From positions 122,073-186,072 of the forward strand of contig JAIEOV010000009.1 of NCBI GenBank assembly GCA_019750135.1: a stretch of 64,000 nt of DNA. Reading direction: 5' to 3'. This document shows, in pieces, positions 19,415 to 29,400 of this stretch; within the stretch, counting starts at the first letter, position 1; each line of letters opens with the position of its first letter. This stretch comes from Reyranella sp. (lineage in GTDB: Bacteria; Pseudomonadota; Alphaproteobacteria; Reyranellales; Reyranellaceae). The notes beneath the pieces were generated by a model. That model saw only the letters and a list, made by a program, of their open reading frames with translations, searched no databases and was not told the DNA's origin. Both the position numbers and the translations under genes were made by a program.

Positions 19415-20059
19415 ATGAGAAGGGTGGATTCGACCCCGTCCCGGCCTGAACATCTTGCAGCAAAACTGCGGCAAGCATTCCTGGATCATGGCTACGAGCA
19501 GATGACCATGAGCGGGCTCGCCCAGCTCTGCGGCTTCAGCCGGCGCGCGCTCTATCACCACTTCTCCAACAAGGAAGAAGCGTTCCGCTACTGGCTGGAA
19601 TTCTACAACCACGAATCGATTGCCAACGGCATCGCCGCCGGCCGAGCCGCAATGGAATCGGGCGGCGGCGCGGTCGATGTCCTCGTCGAGACCATGAACG
19701 TCCGCTACGGCGACGCCCGACGCCGGCTCGCCCGCTCGCCGCATGCGCTGGAGGTCAACGACCAGGCCTTCCGCCGCAGCCGCGACATCATCATCGCCGT
19801 CGCCATCGACTTCCAGGCCAAGGTCGTCGACCTGCTGAAGGAACTCGAAGCGCGCCGCCAGATCAGCCTGAAGCCCGGCGTCACGTTCGAAGCGCTGGCC
19901 CAGACGCTGTGCGACGGCGCGCGCGGCACCAACCAGGCCGTGCCGCCCATTCCCATCGACGATCTGCACCTGCGCTATCGGCAGATCATCGAGGCGATTC
20001 TGTTCGGCGCCGCCACTCCGGCCGGCCAACGTGCCAAGCCGGCACGCTCGGCCCGCTAA
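19415..20059 (+). CDS. TetR family transcriptional regulator
   Basis: FLDHGYEQMTMSGLAQLCGFSRRALYHHFSNKEE; start uncertain (19415 or GTG 19424). Confidence 0.85.
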   Translation: MRRVDSTPSRPEHLAAKLRQAFLDHGYEQMTMSGLAQLCGFSRRALYHHFSNKEEAFRYWLEFYNHESIANGIAAGRAAMESGGGAVDVLVETMNVRYGDARRRLARSPHALEVNDQAFRRSRDIIIAVAIDFQAKVVDLLKELEARRQISLKPGVTFEALAQTLCDGARGTNQAVPPIPIDDLHLRYRQIIEAILFGAATPAGQRAKPARSAR

Positions 20060-21342
20060 ACGCGGCCGGGAACCAGACGCACCTTGCGCGGTGCGGCGAG
20101 CCAGATCGCCGTCGCCGACACCACACACAAGCCGATGGCGAGGACGAAGGCGAGCTGATAGCTGCCCGTCATGTCATGGATGACGCCGGTGACCCACGGC
20201 CCGGCCGCGCCACCACCGATCAGCGAGACGGTGAGCATGCCGAAGATCGAGCCGTAGTGCGGCCCTTCGAAGATCTCGGCGACGATGGGGCCCATCACCG
20301 AGGTGAGCGCATAGCCGAGCGAACCCTGCGAGATCACCATCAGCCACAGCAGCACCGGCGACGGCGAGTGCTCGAGCGCGATCAGGCAGACATAGCAGAT
20401 GGCGAAGCCCGCGCAGCCTGCCACCCATATCCATTCACGGCCGATGCGGTCGGACAGCGCGCCGAGCCCGATCTGGCCGGGAATGCCGACGACGCTCACG
20501 ATGCCCAGCGCCCAGGCGGCGACGATCGGCGAGAAGCCGACCTCGATCAGGTACTTGGTCTGGTGCACCTGGACGGCGTACCAGGCGAACAGGGCGCAGA
20601 CGAAACCGAGCGCGACCCACCAGAAGCGCGCGGTCCTGAGCGCCCGCGCCAGCGTCCATTCGACGGATGTCCACTCGCGGTCGACGATGTTCGATCGCGC
20701 GCGCGGCGTCGCGGCGGCGGCGTGCGATTCACCATCAGGCAGGAGGCCGATGTCCTGTGGCCGGCGGCGGACGAAGAGATTGAGCGGCCCCAGCACGAAC
20801 AGGATGAGCAAGCCCATGACCCAGCATGCCTGCCGCCAGCCCTCGCGCTCGATGATCGACTGCAACCAGGGCAGCAGCACGATGGCGCCGACGCCGACGC
20901 CCGAGAAGGCGATGCTGATGGCGAGCGCACGGCGGCGCACGAACCAGTGCGGCAGGAACTGCGAATGGGCGGTGAAGGTCATGAGGTTGGCGCCCGCGCC
21001 CACCATCACCCCGAGCGTGGCGTAGAACTGCCAGGGGTTGGCGATGACGGTCGCCAGCAGGAGTCCTCCCGTCACCATGGCGACGCCGCATTCGATCACG
21101 ATGCGCGGCCCCTTGCGGTCCATGACGCGGCCGACGATCGGCCCCAGAAACGCAGAGACCAGAAAACCGAAGGAGAAGGCGCCGGCGGCGAGACCGCGAT
21201 CCCAGCCGAACTCCTGGATCAGCGGCGGCATCAGCAGCGAGAAGGACGTGCGCGCGGTGACGGCAATCGCCATGGTCACGAAGGCGATGCCGATGATCAG
21301 CCAGCCGTAATAGAACGGCAGGCGCTGCTGCCAGCTGCTCAC
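20056..21342 (-). CDS. MFS transporter
   Basis: PFYYGW start, GRVMDRKGPR and GALSDRIGRE motifs, about 12 TM; GTGA overlap with upstream stop. Confidence 0.88.
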   Translation of the reverse strand: MSSWQQRLPFYYGWLIIGIAFVTMAIAVTARTSFSLLMPPLIQEFGWDRGLAAGAFSFGFLVSAFLGPIVGRVMDRKGPRIVIECGVAMVTGGLLLATVIANPWQFYATLGVMVGAGANLMTFTAHSQFLPHWFVRRRALAISIAFSGVGVGAIVLLPWLQSIIEREGWRQACWVMGLLILFVLGPLNLFVRRRPQDIGLLPDGESHAAAATPRARSNIVDREWTSVEWTLARALRTARFWWVALGFVCALFAWYAVQVHQTKYLIEVGFSPIVAAWALGIVSVVGIPGQIGLGALSDRIGREWIWVAGCAGFAICYVCLIALEHSPSPVLLWLMVISQGSLGYALTSVMGPIVAEIFEGPHYGSIFGMLTVSLIGGGAAGPWVTGVIHDMTGSYQLAFVLAIGLCVVSATAIWLAAPRKVRLVPGRV

Positions 21343-22313
21343 CGCGGCTCGATCTCGTTCAGCGGCCGCTCGCCGCGCGCCGTGCGCTCGATATTGCCCG
21401 CGATGAGCTTGGCCCGCGCCTCGAGCATGCCCTCGGTCCAGCCGGAGACGTGCGGCGTCAGGATCACGTTGGCGAGTTCGTGGAAAGGCCGGTTGGCGGG
21501 CAAGGTCGCCCCGGGCGCCGTGGGATAACGGTACCACACATCGAGGGCCGCGCCAGCGAGCTTGCCGCCGCTCAGCGCGCGGTAGAGCGCGTCCTCGTCG
21601 ACGATCTCGGCACGTGCGACATTGATCAGGTAGGCGGATGGCTTCATCAGGCCCAGCCGATGATCGTCCAAGAGGTTGCGTGTCTCGGGCGACAGCGACA
21701 GCGTGATGGCGAGATAGTCGGCCGAGCGCAGCACCTCGTCGAGGCGATCGGGACCGCCGATGAACGACACGCCCGCCGGCACGTCCTTCTGCGCCTGCCG
21801 GCGAACGGCGCAGACCTTCATGTCGAAGGAAGCGGCGCGACGGGCCAGCGCCTCGCCGATATGGCCGAAGCCCAGGATGCCCAGCGTCTTGCCGGCAAGC
21901 TCGGGCGACGGCGGCGGCATCGGCGTGCCGACCGCCCACTGGCTGTCCCAGCGGCCCTTGCGCAAGCTGGCATCGAGGCTGCCGAACGAACGCGTCAGCG
22001 CCAGCATGGTGCCCATGATGTACTCGGCGATGCCGGCCTCGTGGCCGTAGGCGTTGGCGAGCCGCAGCCCCGGCCGCATGACGCCGCGGTCGATGCGATC
22101 GAGGCCCGCGCCCGGCACCTGCACCAGCTTGAGACGCGGCGCCGCCTCGGCCATCGGCGGCGTGAAACCCATCGACACCAGCACGTCGGCATCGGCCAGG
22201 TCGGGCAGGATCGCACTCTCATCACCCTCGACGGTCTTGCAGGGAATCGACAGGTAGCTCCGCACCATCTCGGCGAGGCGGATGGCAAAAAATCCGGCAA
22301 AAGCGATCTTCAT
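21339..22313 (-). CDS. D-2-hydroxyacid dehydrogenase family protein
   Basis: GILGFGHIG, LINVAR, AALDVW, TPHVSG. Confidence 0.9.
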   Translation of the reverse strand: MKIAFAGFFAIRLAEMVRSYLSIPCKTVEGDESAILPDLADADVLVSMGFTPPMAEAAPRLKLVQVPGAGLDRIDRGVMRPGLRLANAYGHEAGIAEYIMGTMLALTRSFGSLDASLRKGRWDSQWAVGTPMPPPSPELAGKTLGILGFGHIGEALARRAASFDMKVCAVRRQAQKDVPAGVSFIGGPDRLDEVLRSADYLAITLSLSPETRNLLDDHRLGLMKPSAYLINVARAEIVDEDALYRALSGGKLAGAALDVWYRYPTAPGATLPANRPFHELANVILTPHVSGWTEGMLEARAKLIAGNIERTARGERPLNEIEPR

Positions 22314-22361
22314 CAACACATCCTTCGTGCGGCACTATCCCGGCCCCAGCTCAGCCGATCA

Positions 22362-22378
22362 ACTACATCCCAGGTAGT
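22362..22378. promoter_or_regulatory. Putative operator ACTAC-N7-GTAGT of the XRE/MmyB regulator
   Basis: Inverted repeat ending 1 nt before the regulator ATG in the divergent gap. Confidence 0.5.
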
Positions 22379-22379
22379 C

Positions 22380-23180
22380 ATGCCAGCCCCGTCCGCCTTC
22401 CCCGCCCGACTCGCCTTGTGGCGCAAGCGACGCGGCCTTTCGCAGTTCCGGCTCGCGACGGCGGCCGAGTGCTCGCAACGCCATCTCAGCTTCCTCGAGC
22501 TCGGCCGCACCAAGCCCAGCCGCGACATGGTCCTGCGCCTGTCGTCAGCGCTCGACATGCCGTTGCGCCAGGCCAACGAACTGCTGCTGGCCGCAGGTTA
22601 TGCGCCGGCCTGGAGCGAGGCCGATCTCAGCACCGAAGCGCTGGCGCCGATCCGCAGCGCCCTCGACTTCATGCTGAGCCAGCAGGAGCCCTTCCCTGCC
22701 GTCGTCGTCGATCGCCGGTGGAATCTCCTGCAAGCGAACAAGGGCGCGGTCGCGATGGTCGAGTTCCTGGTCGGGCCGCTGACGCCGGGTGCTGCGATCA
22801 ACCTCGCCGATGCGCTGGTCGGCCCCGACGTGTTGAAGCCGCATCTGACGAACTGGACGGAGGTCGTGCGCTATTTCGTGCGCAGCGTCGAGGCCGACGC
22901 GGCGGTCGACGGCACGAAGCAGACGGTGGCGTTGGCCCAGCGGCTCTTGCGATACCCCGGCGTGCGGGCGGCAATGGCGCAGGCAGCACCGTCGGCCGGC
23001 GACGGCCCGGTGCTGCCGATGCTGTTCCAGAAAGGGCAGACCGAGCTACGGCTGTTCACCACCATCGCCACCCTCGGAACGCCGCGCGACGTGACGCTGC
23101 AGGAGCTGCGCGTCGAAAGCTTCTTTCCCATGGACGACAAGACCCGCGACGTCTTCCGCCGCTGGGCTCTGGCTTCATGA
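22380..23180 (+). CDS. XRE HTH regulator with MmyB-like ligand-binding domain
   Basis: WRKRRGLSQ...[12 protein letters not shown]; C-terminal [25 protein letters not shown]. Confidence 0.88.
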   Translation: MPAPSAFPARLALWRKRRGLSQFRLATAAECSQRHLSFLELGRTKPSRDMVLRLSSALDMPLRQANELLLAAGYAPAWSEADLSTEALAPIRSALDFMLSQQEPFPAVVVDRRWNLLQANKGAVAMVEFLVGPLTPGAAINLADALVGPDVLKPHLTNWTEVVRYFVRSVEADAAVDGTKQTVALAQRLLRYPGVRAAMAQAAPSAGDGPVLPMLFQKGQTELRLFTTIATLGTPRDVTLQELRVESFFPMDDKTRDVFRRWALAS

Positions 23181-23708
23181 TTTGCGCTTGGCGCGCTCGA
23201 TCGCTTCGGAGATGAGGCGGTGGGCCTCGGCGACGTCGCCCCAGCCCAGAAGCTTCACCCACTTGCCGGGCTCGAGGTCCTTGTAGTGGACGAAGAAGTG
23301 CTCGATCTGGTGGCGCGTGATCTCGGGCAGGTCGGTATGCGTCTTCACGTTGACGTAGCGCTGGGTGATGCGTGAGGACGGCACGGCGATGATCTTCTCG
23401 TCGCCGCCGCCATCGTCCTCCATGCGCAGCACGCCGATCGGCCGCACGTTCATCACCGCGCCGGGGATGATGGGGCGGGTGTTGGCGACCAGCACGTCGA
23501 TCGGATCGCCGTCGTCCGACAGCGTGTGGGGCACGAAGCCGTAATTCCCCGGGTAGCGCATGGGCGTGTAGAGGAAGCGGTCGACCACCAGCGTGCCGGC
23601 GGCCTTGTCCATCTCGTATTTCACCGGCTCGCCGCCGATCGGCACTTCTATGACGGTGTTCACGTCTTCGGGCGGATTATGGCCGATGGCGATGGCGTCG
23701 AGATTCAT
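23175..23708 (-). CDS. ppa: Inorganic pyrophosphatase
   Basis: [42 protein letters not shown]. Confidence 0.96.
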   Translation of the reverse strand: MNLDAIAIGHNPPEDVNTVIEVPIGGEPVKYEMDKAAGTLVVDRFLYTPMRYPGNYGFVPHTLSDDGDPIDVLVANTRPIIPGAVMNVRPIGVLRMEDDGGGDEKIIAVPSSRITQRYVNVKTHTDLPEITRHQIEHFFVHYKDLEPGKWVKLLGWGDVAEAHRLISEAIERAKRKS

Positions 23709-23725
23709 GTTGGCATCCTGAAGGC

Positions 23726-23763
23726 TGTCACCTGAAAGGTCCCTCGCTACGCTCGGGATGACA
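23726..23763. repeat. Collapsed GTCATCCCGAGC-type REP element
   Basis: AGGTCCCTCGCTACGCTCGGGATGACA arm with remnant TGTCACC left end; same family as 59121-59190. Confidence 0.65.
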
Positions 23764-23788
23764 AGCTTTGCTGCAGCGACATATCGAC

Positions 23789-23822
23789 AAAAAAGAACCG
23801 GCGGCCTCGCGGCCGCCGGTTC
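23789..23822 (-). terminator. Rho-independent terminator of the MFS gene
   Basis: 12-bp stem GAACCGGCGGCC/GGCCGCCGGTTC followed by T6 on the minus strand. Confidence 0.85.
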
Positions 23823-23843
23823 GTTCTTGGATCGTGCGTGGAC

Positions 23844-25469
23844 CTATTTCGTGATGTCCACGTCCTTGGTCTCGCGCAGGAAGAGGGTCCCAACGATCAG
23901 CGACATGATGGCGATGACGATCGGGTACCACAGGCCGTAGTAGATGTCGCCCGACCAGGCGACCAGGGCGGTCGCCAGCAGGGGCAGCATGCCTCCGAAC
24001 CAGCCGTTGCCGATATGATAGGGCAACGACATCGATGTGTAGCGGATGTTGGTCGGGAACATCTCGACCAGGAACGCCGCGATCGGCCCGTACACCATGG
24101 TCACGTAGACGAGGAAGATCACGAGGATCAACTCGGCCACGAACCAGTTGACCTTCTTGAGGTCGGCGCCGGCGACGAAGCCTGCTTCCTTCAGCGCCGC
24201 GTTCAGCTTGGGCAAGCCTTCCTTGGCGTCGAAGCCTTCGAGCTTCTTGTCGTTGATGGCGATCACGACCGGCGAGCCTGCCGCACCCTTCACCGAGGTG
24301 AAGGAGAGGCCGGCCTTGGTCAGCGCATCCTTGGCCCGGTCGCATTCCGTGAACTTCGACCACGGACCGACGAAGATGTGGAAGTTGCACTGCGCCGGAT
24401 CGGCCGTGACCGAGATCTTGGTTTTGGCCTGGAACGCCGCGAGGTCGGGGTTCACGGCGTTCGTGAGCGCCCCGAACAGCGGGAAGTAGGTGACGGCGGC
24501 GATCAGGCAGCCGGCCATGATGATCTTCAGCCGCCCGATGCGATCGCTCAGCCAGCCGAAGAAGACGAACATCGGCGTGCCGATCAGGAGCGAGACGCCG
24601 ACCAGCGAGTAGGCCGCGACATAGTCGAGCTTGAGCGTGATCAGCAGGAAGAACAGCGCGTAGAACTGGCCAGTGTACCAGACCACGCCCTGGCCCGCCG
24701 TCGCGCCGAGCAGCGCCAGCAGCACGAAGCGGTTGTTCGGATAGCGCATGAAGCTGTCGGTCAGGGGCGACGCGGAGCCCTTACCCTCGGCCTTCATCTG
24801 CTGGAACAGCGGCGATTCGTTCAGCTTCAGCCGGATGTAGACCGAGAAGATCAGCAGGATCAGCGACACCAGGAACGGCAGGCGCCAACCCCACTCGGCG
24901 AAGACCTTGGGGTCCATGTAGTAGCGGCAGGCGCCGATCACGGCGAGCGACATGAAGAAGCCGAGCGTCGCCGTCGTCTGGATCCAGCTCGTGGCGTAGC
25001 CGCGGCGGCCGTTCGGCGCGTGCTCGGCGACGTAGGTCGCCGCACCGCCGTACTCGCCGCCCAGCGCCAGGCCCTGGATGAGACGCAGGGTCACCATCAG
25101 CACCGGCGCCAGCCAGCCGACCGCCGAGAAGGTCGGCAGCAGGCCGACCGCGAAAGTCGAAGCGCCCATGAACAGGATGGTGACGAGGAAGGTGTACTTG
25201 CGGCCGACCAGGTCACCCAGGCGACCGAACACCAGGGCGCCGAACGGGCGCACCAGGAAGCCCGCCGCGTAGGCGGCGAAGGCCGACAGCAGCGCCGCCG
25301 TCTCGTTGCCCGGCGGGAAGAACAGCGCCGCGAAGAACGGCGCCAGAGTGGCGTAGAGATAGAAGTCGTACCATTCGAAGACAGTACCGAGGGACGACGC
25401 GAAGATGACGCGACGCTCCTCCTCCCGCGTGACGACTGGGCCGCTGCCGGCCGTTGCTGCCATGGCCAT
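23844..25469 (-). CDS. MHS family MFS transporter (carboxylate permease-like)
   Basis: ASSLGTVFEWYDFYLY, RPFGALVFGRLGDLVGRK, GGEYGGAATYVAEH. Confidence 0.92.
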   Translation of the reverse strand: MAMAATAGSGPVVTREEERRVIFASSLGTVFEWYDFYLYATLAPFFAALFFPPGNETAALLSAFAAYAAGFLVRPFGALVFGRLGDLVGRKYTFLVTILFMGASTFAVGLLPTFSAVGWLAPVLMVTLRLIQGLALGGEYGGAATYVAEHAPNGRRGYATSWIQTTATLGFFMSLAVIGACRYYMDPKVFAEWGWRLPFLVSLILLIFSVYIRLKLNESPLFQQMKAEGKGSASPLTDSFMRYPNNRFVLLALLGATAGQGVVWYTGQFYALFFLLITLKLDYVAAYSLVGVSLLIGTPMFVFFGWLSDRIGRLKIIMAGCLIAAVTYFPLFGALTNAVNPDLAAFQAKTKISVTADPAQCNFHIFVGPWSKFTECDRAKDALTKAGLSFTSVKGAAGSPVVIAINDKKLEGFDAKEGLPKLNAALKEAGFVAGADLKKVNWFVAELILVIFLVYVTMVYGPIAAFLVEMFPTNIRYTSMSLPYHIGNGWFGGMLPLLATALVAWSGDIYYGLWYPIVIAIMSLIVGTLFLRETKDVDITK

Positions 25470-25554
25470 CTTGTTTTGCTCCCCAATAAATGACGGGCAC
25501 CTGCAAGCGTCCCATCTTGCAGTCGGTGTAAAGTGTCGGAGGCAAGGCACGCAA

Positions 25555-25618
25555 TTCGACCAACGTCCAAGGTGGATGGGATTGTGCAACGCAACATCGG
25601 CGGGTCTTGACCACTGTC
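25555..25618. promoter_or_regulatory. Two CrbR/ErdR-like GAC-N4-GTC boxes
   Basis: TTCGAC-CAAC-GTCCAA (25555-25570) and GAC-CACT-GTC (25609-25618) between the MFS and crbR-like genes. Confidence 0.5.
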
Positions 25619-25642
25619 GGCAGGCAACCGAAACAAGAGCGA

Positions 25643-26287
25643 ATGTCCGGGGAAAAACTCACCTTCCTGATCGCCGACGACCATCCGATGGTGCGCGACG
25701 CGCTGGCCTCGGCGCTGGGCCAGGCCTTCGCCGGCGCAGCGGTGGCGATGGCCGGCAGCCTGGCGCAGGTCCAGGCGGCCCTGGAGCGCGAGCCCGAGAC
25801 CGATGCCCTGCTGCTCGATCTCGACATGCCGGGCATGGATGGGCTGACCGGGCTCGCGTTGCTGCGCTCCGACCATCCGACGGTGCCGATCATCGTCGTC
25901 TCGGCAGCGCGCGAGGCGGCCGTGATCCGCCGCGCCTACGAATTCGGCGCCTCGGCCTACATCGACAAGTCGGCCTCGCTGGAGGAGATCGCCAACACCG
26001 TGCGTGCGGTGCTGAACGGCGAGATCTTCGCGCCGGCCGAGGATGCTCCGGTCGATTCCTTCGCCCAGCGCGCGGCCCAGCTGACGCCACAGCAATGGCG
26101 CGTGCTGGCGCTGATGGTGCAAGGCGATCAGAACAAGCAGATCGCCTACAAGCTCAGCGTCGGCGAGGCCACGGTGAAGGCCCACGTCACGGTGATCCTG
26201 CGCAAGCTCGGCGTCCGCTCGCGGACGCAGGCCGTGATCGAGGCGCGTGGACTCACGATCCCACCGGCCGAGCCGGCCAGGCCTTAA
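25643..26287 (+). CDS. NarL/LuxR response regulator, CrbR/ErdR-like
   Basis: IADDHPMVR, LLDLDMPG, LTPQQ...NKQIAYKLSVGEATVKAHV; adjacent to an SLC5-containing kinase. Confidence 0.88.
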   Translation: MSGEKLTFLIADDHPMVRDALASALGQAFAGAAVAMAGSLAQVQAALEREPETDALLLDLDMPGMDGLTGLALLRSDHPTVPIIVVSAAREAAVIRRAYEFGASAYIDKSASLEEIANTVRAVLNGEIFAPAEDAPVDSFAQRAAQLTPQQWRVLALMVQGDQNKQIAYKLSVGEATVKAHVTVILRKLGVRSRTQAVIEARGLTIPPAEPARP

Positions 26288-26463
26288 GGGAGCGCGGGCC
26301 TCTGGCCCGCCTCATTGCCGGAGCGCGGCACTCCAGTGCCGCTCATAGGATGTTGAAACAAGGAAGACGCGCCACTGGAGTGGCGCGCTCCCGGCAAAGA
26401 TCATGAGCCGGCCAGAGGCCGGCGGTCCGGAAGAGCATGAGCGGGCCAGAGGCCCGCGCTCCC
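26288..26463. repeat. Nested cluster of GGAGCGC-type REP palindromes
   Basis: Outer inverted pair GGGAGCGCGGGCCTCTGGCCCGC (26288-26310)/(26441-26463), inner pair 26315-26342/26369-26397, and a fifth unit at 26407-26428. Confidence 0.85.
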
Positions 26464-26464
26464 T

Positions 26465-29400
26465 TTAAGCCGTCACGCGTCCCGACGTCGGTGTGCGCAC
26501 GCGCAGTAGGGCGCGCAGGGAGGCGGGCTTCACCGGCTTGTGCAGCAGCTCGACGCGCCTCGCGCGCGCGCGCAGGCGCAAGGTGGGATCGCGGTCGGCC
26601 GTGACCAGCGCGGCCGGCACGAAGCGGCCCCAGGCCTCTCGCAGGGCGCCGACGACGTCGAGCCCGTCAGGCCCATTGTCGAGATGCAGGTCGGCCAGCA
26701 CGAGGTCCGGCAAGCGGCCGGCACGCTCGACGGCAGCCAGCGCCTCGACCTGCGATGCCGCCGTGGCGACGCGACAACCCCAGCCCGACAGCAAGGTCGC
26801 CATGGCCTCGCGGACCTGCGCCTCGTTGTCGATGCACAGCACGAAGCTCTCGGCTTCGACCGAGGGCGTGGGCTGCGGCGCCGGCGGCGCGACCGGCGCG
26901 GCGACGACGGACGCGACGCGCGGCACCGTCACCGAGAACGTCGAGCCCTGGCCCGGCGCCGAGGCGAGCTCGATGTTCAAGTCGAGCATGCGGGCGATGC
27001 GATCGACGATGGCAAGGCCCAGGCCCAGCCCGCGCTCTTCTCGCGGTGCATCGTCCTCGGCTTGCAGGCGCACGAACTCGTCGAAGATCACCGCCTGCTT
27101 GTCGACGGCGATGCCGGGACCGTTGTCCTTGACCTCGATGCGCAGCTCCTCGCCGACGCGGCGGCAACCCAGCAGGACGCGCGCCGGCCGGCCCTCGGCC
27201 TTGCCGTAGCGCAGGGCGTTAGAAAGCAGGTTCTGCAGGATACGGCGCAGGAAGGCGGGGTCGGTCGACACGAAGGCACGCGTCGGCGCCACCACCAGCT
27301 CGACGCCGCGGCGCGCCGCCACCGGCGCAAAGGCCGTCGCCAGCGAATCGAACAATGGCTGCAGGGCGAACGGCCGCTTCTCCGGCTTGAAGGCGCCGGC
27401 ATCGAGCTTGGAGATGTCGAGCAACGCATCGAGCAGCGATTCCACCGCGCCCAGGCTCGCGTCGATCTTGCCGCCGAGGTCGTTGCCGGGATCGCGGTCG
27501 ATCATCGCCGCGGTGAACAGGCGCGCGGCATGCAAGGGCTGCAGCAGGTCGTGGCTGGCGGCCGCGATGAAGCGGGTCTTGCCGAGATTGGCCGCCTCGG
27601 CCTCGGCGCGGCTCGCCTCCAGCTCGGCGGTGCGCTCGATCACGCGCTGCTCCAAGGTCTCGGTCGACTGGCGCAACTGGCGGTCGCTCTCGCGCAGCGC
27701 CTCGGCGGTGTGCACGCGTGCCGTCACGTCGTTGCAGGTGGCGACGAAGCCGCCGCCGGGCAGCGGGTCGAGGCGCAGCTCGATGACGCGGCCTTCGCGG
27801 GTGGTGATCTCGTGGGTCTGCGGCGCCTCGGGCCGGCGCAGCAAGGCGTCGACGTCGGGCGCCGCGCCGAACTCGCGTGGCGTGGCGCCGACCGCCACCG
27901 ACGCGTCGTCGAGCGCCAGCAGCGCGGTGAAGCGGTCGTTGAAGATCTCCAGCCGGCCGTCGCGGTCGAAGGCGGCGATACCCATGCCGACATGGTCCAG
28001 CGTGTTGCGCAGGATCTCGTAGTTGTAGCGGATCGCCTCGGAAGCCTCGTCGATCAGGGCGCGCGCACTGCGCGGCAGCAGCCGGCCGCGCCGGCCGAAG
28101 GCCGCGACGATGATGCGAGCGGAAGCCGCGCCCAATGTACCCGACAGGACGCGCTCGGCGCGGGTCAGCGCCACCTCGATGGACAGCCGCTCGCCGGCCA
28201 GCGCCCGCATGGAGCGCTCCGAGCCGACGAAGCGCGCCAGAAGTTCACGCAGCTCGTCGATGCGCGCGGCGTCGGCCGGTGCCGGCCGCTGCGGTTGCTG
28301 TTCGGGCTCGGCGCCCAGCACGAAAGCATCGGCTTGCTCGGCATCCGAGCCGCGCGCCCGCACGAGCAGCGACACGCCAATCAGCAGCAGGGCGTTGACC
28401 AGGATGCAGACGACGAAGCCCTGGCCCACGGGATCGAGCTCGGTGAGCGGCGCCGGCAGGTAGGGCTTCAGCGGCGCCACTTGCCCGCCGCCCGCCGTTT
28501 GCTGCAGGGTCGGCAGCAGCAGCGCGTAGAGCCAGACGACGAAGCCGCCGACCAGCCCCGCCACCACGCCGTAGCGATGCGCCCGCCGCCAGTAGAGGCC
28601 GAGCACGACGCCCGGCGCGAAGTTGGCGACGGCGCAGAAGCTGATCATGCCGATCGAGGCGAGCGGCAGGTAGCCCGAGATGATGCGCTCGTAGGCGTAG
28701 CCCGCCATCAGGATCAGCACGACGGCGGCGCGGCGCACGAACACCACCAGCGGCCCCATGTTCTGGGCGACGCCGGCGCCCCATCGAGCAGGCCGGCGCA
28801 GCAGGTAGGGCATGACCAACTCGTTGCCGATCATGCCGGATAGCGCCATGCAGGCCACGATGACCATTGACGTCGCGGCCGACAGGCCGCCGATGAAGAC
28901 GAAGGCCGACAGCCAGCTCTCGCCGTTGGTCAGCGGCAACTGAAGCACGTAGAGATCCGGGCTGGTCTGCGAGCCCAGCATCAGCAGGCCGCCGGCCGCG
29001 ATCGGCACGACGAACAGGTTGATCAGCACCAGGTAGATCGGGAAGAGCCAGCGCGCCGTCCTGAGGCTCGCCGGATGATCGTGCTCGACCACCGCGACGT
29101 GGAACTGGCGCGGCAGGCAGAGGAAGGCCATGCCCGACAGCAGCGTGGTGACGATCCAGGTGAGCGGCGAGCCTTCGCGGAAGACGCGATCGGCGACCGC
29201 CGGCACGCTCTCGACCTGCGCCAGCAGGTCGGCCGGGCCGCTGAACAGCACGAACAGCACGAACGGCCCGACCGTCAGCAGGGCCAGCAGCTTGACCACC
29301 GATTCGAAGGCGATGGCCAGCATCATGCCGCGATGCTGCTCGGAGGCGTGCACGTTGCGCACGCCGAACAGGATGGTGAACACCGCCATCAGGGCGGCGA

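Noticed and set aside
12711-23180. Integrative island anchored at the tRNA
   Set aside because: No integrase and no duplicated tRNA 3' end noticed; most downstream genes have host-like codon bias.
26288-26463. CRISPR-like repeat array
   Set aside because: Units are inverted, unevenly spaced and dispersed elsewhere; no cas genes.
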